A DNA stretch of 64,000 nt, from NCBI GenBank assembly GCA_020137815.1, contig CM035359.1, positions 6,944,001 to 7,008,000 of the forward strand, given 5' to 3'. This document shows positions 1 to 12,100 of this stretch, piece by piece (position 1 is the first letter of the stretch; the number at the start of each line of letters is the position of its first letter). Origin of the DNA: Hormiphora californensis. Lineage: Eukaryota; Animalia; Ctenophora. Position numbers and translations under genes: made by a program. The notes under the pieces were generated by a model. The model was not told where the DNA came from, ran no database searches, and saw only the letters and a program-made list of their open reading frames with translations.

Positions 1-637
1 CGATGAACGATCGATGAACGATCGATAAACGATCGATATCGATCGTTTATCGATCGTTCATCGATCGCGCGTCGCGACGCGTCGAACTATATTTTAGTAG
101 GGTAGGTGAAAACTGAATATAATCGTAAAGCGTGAACGGGGGGGGGGGACCTAGGGTGATCGGGAGAAATGGGTTTTTGGGTAAAATGATCAGACACAAG
201 TTTTCCACAGAATGATGGGTGGGAGGAGATGTGACGATATCTAGATGCTACCTGCAGATCAGCTGAAGTTTGTGTATATCTGCTGCAGATACATTAGAAA
301 AACATTGAGTTCACACGTTATTTCCTTCTGCATAGGTTTAGCCTCTTTGTTTCGTGTCTTAATTCTTCTATTCAATGTTAATTCTTCTATTCATTGTTCA
401 ATTATAGTCCTTCTATTGGTGAGATCTTACCGCGGTATAACTTATCCTAAATGTTGTGTTTTCGAAAGTGAATGGTTCATTTATTATCTAACGTATCCCC
501 CTTTGCTAATTCTTATCTAGCTCTTCTACACGGTATCTATCGTATCTTATAATATCTTTCTATATCTCTCTATCGTATGTGGTACTGGTAGTGAACAAAA
601 AAAGAATCTAACATAGCACTACATCAGATCTTTACGT

Positions 638-722
638 GAACGAATCAGAATTGCTAAAATAGCAGAACTACAAGTCTGAACGAATCAGAATTGCTAAAAT
701 AGCAGAACTACAAGTCTGAATT
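638..722. repeat. 40-bp tandem duplication in a HYOU1 intron, near the splice donor
   Basis: gaacgaatcagaattgctaaaatagcagaactacaagtct occurs twice, followed by a partial third copy. Confidence 0.85.
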
Positions 723-749
723 ACTAAAATAGTATAATCTGAACTGTAC

Positions 750-1207
750 CGGAAGTAAGACGATCCTTCATAGAGATCACAAACGACTCAAGCTTGTTCC
801 TAGACTCTTCCGTTGCTCTCTTTTCATCGTCTATCTTTTGGAGTGCTGCCAGCTTTTCTCTGCTCACAGTCGTGTCACCAAGGTTGGGGATACCTGAAAA
901 GGGGTGTAATAGGTTATATTGCAATCTAGAAGACTGAGAGAATTCCCTGCTTGGATCTGTCAGGCCAATGCTCTGACCACAGTTCTCGCGCGAAATGAGA
1001 ATAGGGTCACCGGTCAGGCCAATGCTCTGACAGGCTTGGATAAGCTTTAGAGAAATATAAGGCTTGAATTGGTCATATCTCTCTCTCTCTCCCTTTTGCT
1101 TCCCATCTCCTATAGTTTACTACACATGATTTATGACTAATGTCGACCGCTCTGTGTTACTTCCTGGTAAAATCATTCGAGCGAGAGGAATTAGAGATAA
1201 ATAGAGA

Positions 1208-1300
<93 letters not shown>

Positions 1301-4300
1301 GCGGTCGACAGAAGTCAGAATCGACAGCTTCGCTTTCCAGCCGCCATATTGTGACCTTGTTTTGTCGAAGTGTGACCTACTTAGTATTTTTACTCAAGAA
1401 AAGTTCTCTCTACAAGACGTTGAATTGTACATACACAGACTCAAACAGCACCCCTCAAGAACCAGATTTGGAAGATGCCAGACGATAGTATGTGCAAAAA
1501 GGGGGAAGATCCCGAAAAGGGTGAAAAACAGTTTTATAGGTAACTCCTTGCATATCATTGAAACAAACCTTGTCATAACCTTTTCTAGCATACATTGTGT
1601 TTGAACAAGCAGTTTTGACAGCTGGTAGTGGTACATAAAACTTAGAAAGGGCCTAAAAATCTAAATCTAATTTCCCGTCATATTTTCAGTCACACAGATT
1701 TCGGTTCTGATCTTTATCAAGTGCTGGTGGTTGAACGAAACAAACGTCCTCTCATCTGCAAAATTCTATGGGTTGTTGTGTGTCTAGGATTCTTTGGGAC
1801 GTGCATCTACCTTGTTTACAACCTTCTTAATGAGTATTTCCAGTACAGCTCTTACGATAAGATCCAGACGAGCTTTAAATCGAACGAGACCCTTCCCGCA
1901 AGTCAGTCTACCACGTAATAATTAATGTTTACCATAATAACCGTAGGGTTAACTCTAAAATAACAACACAGCCTGTTGATTTGTTCAATTCCTCCTGCCT
2001 GTCACAGGATGCGGTGAGAGAGGAGGATCGATCCTTGTCTCTCCACAGTTGCCTAGTAACTGTTGCCTAGTAACAGTTGCCTAGGCAACCGTTGACAAAC
2101 TCTAATATATTTCAGTTACAATCTGTAGCAAGAACCCCTATAACTACACACAAATGCTCCATCTAATGGATGCTGAGCAGGACGGGGCGTTACAGAACCT
2201 TCTTTTTGAAATGTCCAAGTATAACGGGACAGGAGACCTTGGAAGCACTGGCAACTTTTTCATAGATGTTTCAAGTAAGGGAAGTTTTTACAAAAAAATT
2301 GACTGAATTCGGAATTTTTGTCTACTCTAGTAAATTAACTTTCTTATCAGATGTGTCTAAGAACATTGAAAACTTGGATAACCTCGGCAACTATGATGGA
2401 AGTGATTACGCACTATACATTAGGGACGAAATCGCGATAACACCGTCCGATTTCATTGCCACACATGTATACGACTACAAGTAAGGGGACAAAATCAACC
2501 ACGACATATACGGCAGTCTATTCAAATTCTAAACTGTTTTCAGGATGGGGAGTCAGTGGAAATTTCTAGGCTCGGACTGGAATATTTTCTATGTTCCTCA
2601 TATGCTAGGGTATTGTCTAAGGTTAAACGATGACCAAAAACTCGTCCAAATAGTACCTGGTGTGCAGGGTGGCTTTTCTATCATTCTCAACGCATTTGTG
2701 GATGACTACATGCCAAATATTGTAAGTTACAACATTACTCCTTTATCAAACTATTCACTGATTTTGCTCCTTTATAAAAATTTATTCCACAAAAACCGCC
2801 ACGAAACCTTAACAGTACAACTTCTTACAGGAAACGCAAGGTTTCGAGGTGTATTTGAGAACCCCATACGAAGAAGTGTTGATAAACCGAGGTGGTATAA
2901 CGGTGGAGCCTGGCCGTGTTACCAATATACGAATTGAAAAGAACAAAGTTACTCGTCTGAACGGGAAATGGGGAACTTGCTTTAGCACAGTAAATATTAC
3001 TTGCAAATCATATCTATCGTCAAACTATTTACCAAAGATCATATTTGCATCTGACTATATTCCATATGTTGTTCAGCCCAGTTCATACTATCCGGAGAAA
3101 AAGGGAGTTCACGAGAGTCAGAGAGAGTGTTACCAGGAATGGCTGATTGCACAGTCCGAATACGAGTGTGATTGTACACCTTGGTACTACAATATGAGGT
3201 AATGATTGCACAGTCCGAATACGAGTGTGATTGTACACCGTGGTACTACAACATGAGGTAATGATTGCACAGTCCGAATACGAGTGTGATTGTACACCGT
3301 GGTACTACAACATGAGGTAATGATTGCACAGTCCGAATACGAGTGTGATTGTACACCGTGGTACTACAACATGAGGTAATGATTGCACAGTCCGAATACG
3401 AGTGTGATTGTACACCGTGGTACTACAACATGAGGTAATGATTGCACAGTCCGAATACGAGTGTGATTGTACACCGTGGTACTACAACATGAGGTAATGA
3501 TTGCACAGTCCGAATACGAGTGTGATTGTACACCGTGGTACTACAACATGAGGTAATGATTGCACAGTCCGAATACGAGTGTGATTGTACACCTTGGTAC
3601 TACAACATGAGGTAATGATTGCACAGTCCGAATACGAGTGTGATTGTACACCTTGGTACTACAATATGAGGTAATGACTACTAATGAGTAACTAATGATT
3701 ACTAATGAACCCCCAATGATATTCCCCTATTCGCCATTGTATACAGTCGGACCCCAATTTATCGGACAAAACCCTTTCCCAGAGTATTCCGGTAAATCGG
3801 GGTCTGACTGTGCTGCGTTTGTCATAAAAAAGGGAGGGTCTTTTTTTCTTGATTTACCAAATTTCACAAAAACTATTAGGATCAGTTAGAACAAAGACAG
3901 TACATACATACATATGTATATATCGATATGATATATCATATTGCTTTATTATTTATAATATTAGGGACGGTTTTTGATTTTACACGATATCTGAAAATTC
4001 TGCAGGATAGCCCAGTTAAAGGAGATCGAAGAAGGAACTGAGGGAAGTACAGAGGAAAGTAATGAAGAAGGGGGAACTAGCGGAACTGGATATGAAGAAT
4101 GTACCTTTGCCAAGCAGTTCATATGCGATCAAGTCATCTACCGTAAGTTCCTTGAGATGATTTAATCTTAGCCACCCTCTTGCTTCGATATGTCGCCAAT
4201 AAGGAAGGCAATATAATAATGGTGATAATTTGGGGCTGGGAGGGTAGGGGCTGAATATATACAATATCAATTAAAAATTGGCACATTTCAAGAGATGATG

Positions 4301-6139
4301 GAGACGGAGAAGAACGTGTCGGGGAAAAGTGCTCCAAAGGAAAATTATTGTAATCAAGAACGTTGTACATACGACACATGGACCCATACTCTTTCATCAT
4401 CCGCTGTACGTTCTAGTTTGATACAATCGAATCGGGTTTTTACACGGCAAATCGAGATTCAGGTAAACCGAGCTTTGTTTGTAACATCTAGTATTTCAGT
4501 GGCCACCTAACCAAGACTACTATGAATTCAGCCAGCGTTCTCTTATGTCTGATGACCCTGATATGACATACGCCGCCAAAAACTTTGCCAAGGTATACTA
4601 ATTGTTGCAGATGTAACTCTTTAATTGGTTGACTAATTAATAAATTTGGCATTTGGATAATAACAATGCTTCTTTCAGATTAACATTTTCTATGAGGACC
4701 TCCGAGAGATAAACATTGCCCAAAATAAAGCCTACGAAGTCTTTAGTTTTATTGGTAAGTGCATGTTTTTTGTATAGGACAATTATTTGTTATTTTATAC
4801 TTAGCACCAAGAGCAGAGCAGGGCTTGGGGTAATTAGCTAGAAAATTTGATGCTATGTATCTCCCTACAATCTGCTGCATTTTTAGCAGAGCTCGTTACT
4901 CCTTTATAAAACTTTTTTCAGCTAAATTCGTTACTCCTTTATAAAAATATTTTTCAGCTGAGTTCGGTGGCGGTGTTGATTTCTTTATTGGAGTTTCCTT
5001 CTTCACTGCATTCCAAGCACTGGAAATCTTCATCGCCTACACATGCTGCAAGAAATGCCGGCGAAGAAAGGCTGAAAGCGATAAGGGCGGTGAGGCGCCG
5101 TGAAGTTGATCTAGAAACTATATATGTTTGATATCTGCGATATCCTATTGGACCGATGATATTTTATTGGTATATTTAGACGGCACAGTTGCGTGTGTTT
5201 ATCATCTTATATTATCCTGTGAAATATTTATGAGACGATTAACCCAAAATATTCATTTTGTGACAAACCCAATACGTACCTCCAAAACTGTCTATTGGAA
5301 TATGTGTATCATGTGATATTTAATAGGTTTTCATTGTTTGTCACTCGTATATCATTAGCAGCTGTAGACGGGGAGGGGGGTTGACCCAACGTACAGGTCA
5401 CCCTCATGGAATAAAACTAAACACTATAATGCCCCTTCTTATGCGTGTATCAGCATCATCGTCCACCTATTTCTACGAGCATTCCCTACATTGTGACAAC
5501 AACTTGGTGCCTCACTTGTGAGACGACAATTATAATTTACCGAGAGTTTATAGTTGTAAAATAAGAGTCCTGTTTGCATTCAGATCAGTTTTTGATTGCA
5601 CAACGAACTATGAGTGCTCTTTAATAAAGTAAGCCTTGCCAGAGTTTATCGAAAATTCTCTCTTTTTACGCACGTTCCTCCGCGGTGTTAATTTGCAGTT
5701 TCTTTGTTTTCACTGTTTGATCCACCCTGTTGAATAGTAAAACTGACATATTGTGCTCAGATCAGAAAGCATTGTCTGCCGTTGTCAAGCATTCGTCAAA
5801 ATGTCTCTCTTGAAATGCAGATTCACTCAAGATCAGGTTCCGATCCTCGAACCGGTGTCAAAATGTCGTTCTTTATACGGAAGCAAACGACATCTTCTTC
5901 CTTTATTATCAGTTCCTTTACCAAGACTGGAGTCAAACAAGATTACTTCTTTCGTTTCAATATCTCACTGCCGTTGTTCGACAATCTCTTCCACAAGTTC
6001 AACTGCTTGAATATTCAAGGAGACTCGAGAACTTGATGTTTTGTCCAGAGCTAGAATTTAGCTGGTAATCTTGGCACTCAAGTTTTGAATTCATTCAAAA
6101 GTTTGAGCACCATCATACGCGATAATCTGCCCTCCCTGG

Positions 6140-6197
<58 letters not shown>

Positions 6198-9100
6198 GGA
6201 AGATCGTGTGGAACAGAGGAAGAATAGAGAGAGAGCCAAGAAGAGCGTGACTACTTCTACTATTAGTATAGACTATATCGCTATCTACTCTTAGCTATGG
6301 ATCTCTCTCCTTACGAGAGAAAATCACCAGACAAAAGGAGCAGACGGAGGAGAAAAATTCCCGTAACGAACCCTAGACCACGAACCCGCTGTACTGGGCC
6401 GAGTTTTCACGCAAGGTAAACGGCTAAATACGTCTTGAAAGCTTACTTTATGTTGGCCCAAAGCATAATTATCGTATGGCTGCACTCAATAACAAGCCAT
6501 GAAGAATCGCATCTGACTGAGGGAAGAAGATAGAATCCGGCACCGGATGTCCAGAATATCGAACGTTTTCGTTTGTCGACTTTCCTTTCTCGTCGAATTT
6601 GATTGTACATAGTACTACATACACTGTGAAAAGTTACAAAGAAGATCTCATGAAGCCTGGTTTCTAATGCACGTTGATTTCACATGCATTAGCGGCAGTT
6701 CCCGGCAGTTCCTAGAACTAAGAACACCTACATACATGAGCATGAGTTTAATAGTTGTACTTGTTAACCACTTCTGAAGCTGCTTTAAAGTTGCTTATGG
6801 AGTTGCTATCGTGGAAGTCGATTCCTTATGAACTATACCACCACTGCAATTTCAACTGCACTTTCCCACTTTACTTCGGATTTTCTATTAGCTTCACATA
6901 GAATTCAAATTCAGATAATTTCTTTGTAATATAGATCACTAGCGCACCCATTGGGTGCGCCTCAAATAAGGATTGTTCACAAACCACCCGGCTTCGCCGG
7001 GTGGCCCTCTTTATTCCCACATTAGTCATTAATTGATGGTTGCCATGGCAACTAAATCGGTAACTAAGGAGACTGAATTGCTAAATTATGTTCCGAAATA
7101 ATCACTAACTGCCATAAGAGTTTAAACACCTGCTCCCAAGAAGAAGGCCGGCTGTTTAACGTATTTCGTTGCCCGGCTTTGAGTTTTCCATCATAGTTCC
7201 ATTCGACACTCCCATAATAATGGGTGTGGAATACATGTCTCAAAGACATGTGAGTACAGAGCTGATGACTGTGAGACATGTGACACTGACAGGGGTGTCA
7301 CTGACAGGGGTACTAATTAGGTTGATGTGATCTGATAACAGGAGATCTGAGAGAAGTGTGCGAATAGAAGGTGTCCCTATAGCACCTATGACGACACCTC
7401 GACCAACATATGACGTGTCAGGAATGCGCCAGGTTGAAATTAAAATGAAAGTTTGAATGCCGTTCCTGTGTCCTGTGCGCACGCAATTCCCAGTTGCCCA
7501 AAATTACATCACAGCTGTATTTCGTCACAACACGCCACTGAAATTCTTAATGAAGGAGCAGACTGTCGCTTAGATACCGCCTAACGAACGACCATCACGA
7601 CGTCGTTCATCTCCAAATTATAATAGAGACTAGCGCACCCATTGGGTGCGTCTCAAGTAAGGGCCTTTTGACAACCCACCCGGCTTCGCCGGGCGGTTCT
7701 TTTCGCCCCTTTCAACGTCAATAACACGGTTGCCATGGCAACTGAATTGGTAACTATGGGGACTGGCCTGTTAAAAGTCATTCGAAAATATTAACAAACT
7801 TCCACTGGAAGTTCCAAAACTGTGAGCAACAGCTATACAGCTTTGGGCACATAAAGTGTTTTATGAAGGAGCACTGTCGCGTAGAAACGCACTGAACGAA
7901 CGACTTCGACTTCGACGTTCATCTCCAAATTATAATAGAGACTAGCGCACCCATTGGGTGCGCCTCAAGTATAAAGGGCTTTTCGGTAACCCATCCGGCT
8001 TCGCCGGGTGGTTCTTTTCGCCCCTTTCAACGCCAATAACACGGTTGCCATGGCAACTGAATTGGTATTTATGGGGACTGGCATGTTAAAAGTCATTCAA
8101 AAATATTAACAAACTTCCACTGGAAGTTCCAAAACGGTGAGCAACAGCTTTACAGCTTTGGTCATATAAAGTGTTTTATGAAGGAGCAGTCTGTCGCTTA
8201 GATACCGCTGAACGAACGGCTTCGACTTCGACGACGTTCATCTCCAAATTATAATAGAGACTAGCGCACCCACCGGGTGCGCCTCTGGCCTCAAGTAAGG
8301 GCTTTTGATAACCCACCCGGCTTCGCCGGATGGTTCTTTTCACCCCTTTCAACGTCAATAACACGGTTGCCTTAGCAACTGAATTGGTAACTATGGAGAC
8401 TGGCATGTTAAAAGTCATTCGAAAATATTAACAAACTTCCACTGGAAGTTCCAAAAATGTAAATATCAGCTTCACAGCTTTGGCCACATAAAGTGTTTTA
8501 TGAAGGAGCACTGTCGCGTAGAAACGCACTGAACGAACGACCATCACGCGACATCTCCAAATTATAATAGAGATTGTTTACATAGCGACGCTATGATAGT
8601 TTGTGATGTAGATACCTTATAAATATACAGCTTGAGCTGGGAGAGAGGGGTAATTGCTTTACATATCATTATTCAGCTTTGTAGAATAGGCTCGTCATAA
8701 GCCTCTGTGTAAGGCTTGTTCATAGTATTAACTTCATACTGCTCTGTTTAGTTCTTCAAGCTCGTTTAGTCGCCTGATACTGTGTCCTTGCTCCGCAAAA
8801 AATAAAGTATGAACAATTCAACAAGCTCGAGGGAGACAGTCTGTAACAATAGAAAGGGGTCTTAAACCCACACATGCCCTTTTGTTGTTTTGTACCATAA
8901 AGTATATTGTCATCGGTGAGACCCCTTACTTCGTTTGAGCTTGTCTAATTTCCCGATCTATTATTTGCTTTCTACACACAATTAGTATATTATTCATTAT
9001 TTTCATAAGCCCATATTCCTGGTACTACCTGTTTTTAAGAGTTTCTAAGCATTAGATCTAGTGTCTCAACATTTCCCTATTCCTCCTCGAAGGGAAGTGA

Positions 9101-12100
9101 CACGGTCATGTACGAGGGTTCGGGGGATAAGGAGGACGGGGAGGAGTTTGTGAAACAGTTCTACAGTTACAAGGACTTTGGCTCCGATATCTTTCAAGTT
9201 CTAGCCGTCGAGGTAACTGATCTGAGTGGTAACTGATCTAAGAGGTAACTGATCTGAGTGGTAACTGATCTGAGAGGTAACTGATCTGAGAGGTAGCTGA
9301 TCTGAGAGGTAACTGATCTGAGTGGTAACTGATCTGAGTGGTAACTGATCTGAGAGGTAACTGATCTGAGTGGTAACTGATCTGAGTGGTAACTGATCTG
9401 AGTGGTAACTGATCTGAGAGGTAACTGATCTGAGTGGTAACTGATTTGAGTGGTAACTGATCTGAGTGGTAACTGATCTGAGTGGTAACTGATCTGAGAG
9501 GTAACTGATCTGAGAGGTAACTGATCTGAGTGGTAACTGATCTGAGTGGTAACTGATCTGAGAGGTAACTGATCTGAGTGGTAACTGATCTGAGTGGTAA
9601 CTGATCTGAGTGGTAACTTATCTGAGAGGTAACTGATCTGAGTGAGGGGCCTTGGCTTGGGTCTTAGGCGGGGACTGAGGCGAGGTCTTAGGCGCCGCTA
9701 GACAGAGTACCAGCAAGAGAGTTAGTTTTTTGGGTCTCTAAAAAACCATGGCGTGTAATCAGCAAACCAATTCTTATCAAACGTAGAGGCAACTGATCTG
9801 AGCGGGGTATTTTATAACTATTCTGCTGAGCCAATTGTCTCCGAGGAGATTTGAACGGATGATTTGGATTAGTAACCGTCTGATAAGTATCGTTAAAAAA
9901 ATGGTTTTCCAAACAATACATTCACAGAAAAATCGACCAAAATGGTGCAAGATTCTCTGGGTATTTGTTGGATTGGCATTCTTTGGAGCCGCAGGATACC
10001 TGGTCTACAACCTCATGACGGAATACTTCGAGTACAAATCGTATGATAAAATAAGCACAACGTACACCTCAAATGAAACACTTCCTGGCAGTAAGTTTGC
10101 CTGCAAAGTTATTTCTTGTATTGATTTCGCTGCTAAGTTATTTACTGTACTAATTTAATCGCAAAGTTATTTACTTTAACAACCTTTCAGTTACAATTTG
10201 CAGCAAGAATCCCTATAACTATACGGCTCTGAAAACACTGCTTAGCGATGATGAGGTAAAATTTAACGGCCCCGATTTAAGGGCACCCCGATTTAACCCT
10301 TTGAGGACGATAGACCATATATGACCCATTGGATAAAATGCCATACTGGGCGTTGAAAAAAAAGCTTTTTCCTTCAAATTTTTTGCCCAACCTCAAAACA
10401 ATTGTGCTAGCTTTGTTCATTCTGAATCTCAGAATCAAAACTCCAGTAATTAATGAACTATTTCAGTGTGAATAGTGCCTAATTGTTCATTTTTTAATGA
10501 ACTAACCTGACGCCTGATCCATAAATGATCCTGTTGAGAAATCATAGACCTCGCTTAGATAAACCGAATAAAACAAGCCGGAACTAAAACTAACAAAAAA
10601 TGGACAAACTAGAGACTTTTTAAATTTTGGGTCATATATGACCCTATCGTCAAAAGAGGTACCAAATTTTCAAACGGCTCCCACGACCAGGCCAATTGTC
10701 CGTTCTGCCTAAATTTCATGTTTTATCACTATCATGATGGCGAATATTCGCGTAAAACCGTTTCCAACTTCATGGGAGGTCAATTTTTTGCAATTTGGGT
10801 CAGATATGACCCTATCGTCGTTAGAGAAAACCTTGCTTTTAGACACTTTCTTGGCCAGTTCTCAGCCACAAAAGTCATTGTGGGCAAGAAAAAACAACTT
10901 AGTAATCACTACAAGGTTGAAACTAAACAAGAAAAACAGTTTCTACTCAAACAAAGCTTCAGAACTTGTATTTGGGTCAGATATGACCCTATCGTCACCA
11001 CACGGGGATTTTGACGAAATTTGACACATGAAACGTTTCCCCTAGTTATTTGACCCCGACTACCCTACAACGTGTAAACAATGCCTTCTTTGGTATCACA
11101 GATGATAGTACTGACCAGATTAGGATCAAGTATTGACTAGAAATCTCTTGGAAGCCTGTTGTATACCAAAATATGACGTTATTTCAAATATTTAGCATAG
11201 AAATCCTACTTTATGGCGTCCCCTGTTGCCTGTTTTATCTTCTGATCATCCAAATTAGTTGATTTGACATCAGTGATGGTCCCTAAACCATTTAAGTTCA
11301 ATTTAATGACCACTCATAGCAGAATTAAAATTTCGATTTACGGATATTTTGGTACCCCTTTTGACGATAGGGTCATATATGACCCATGCGCTAACTCAAA
11401 AACCGTTTGACGGATTCTAAAATCCTTTTGCACGGTTACTTTTGGTACCAATAGGAGCTAATTTACAAAATTTCAAGGAATTCTGACCAGCCGTTAGTTA
11501 TCGTCCTCAAAGGGTTAATGACAGGATAAAAATTTCCCTCAAATTTTTTTTCAAAGGTCCGAATCGTGTTTTGAATCGGTGCACCTTATCGTATGTCCTG
11601 TCGCTAATTAGACGGTTCGAAACGAGCTGATACGTGTTCATGAGCACGTACTACGATATATCTGACGATTTGTAAGACTTGGAACGTCAATATTGCAACC
11701 AAAATGTTCGCCTGACAATTCACCCCGCTTAGGGTGCCCCGATTCGGCATGGTATCACGTATCGGTTCGTTTCGAACAGGGAAAGGGTTTTATTCTTAAT
11801 TCAACAAAGTACCGCTTATTCATAGCACGGCTTTCAATTTCAGATCAGTGAGTTCATTACAATACTTCAAGTGATGCAATGGTATAATGGCACTGGGGAC
11901 TTAGGAAGCACTGGAAATTTCTTCGACGATGTTTCTGGTAATAATAAGAATCATTTCACTTTTTCAAGCCATTGCTCTTTCTATAATTAATAATGTTTGA
12001 TATTAAAGAAATCCCGGGATTTAAAATTTAACCAAAATACTAGATATTATGATATTGTTGCAGGCGTTAAAGAGACATTAGAGTGGTTGGACGCCGTTGG

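Noticed and set aside
1897-1907. Possible GC-AG donor in ENaC-1 exon 2
   Set aside because: A canonical A|gtcagt donor at 1901/1902 gives LPAITIC, in the same phase as paralog 2.
3144-3674. CRISPR-like regular array
   Set aside because: The units are near-identical with no unique spacers, there are no cas genes, and the context is eukaryotic. It is an exon-end tandem duplication.
5430-6140. Possible decayed retroelement coding sequence on the minus strand
   Set aside because: It has multiple stops in all frames and no motif I could identify with confidence.
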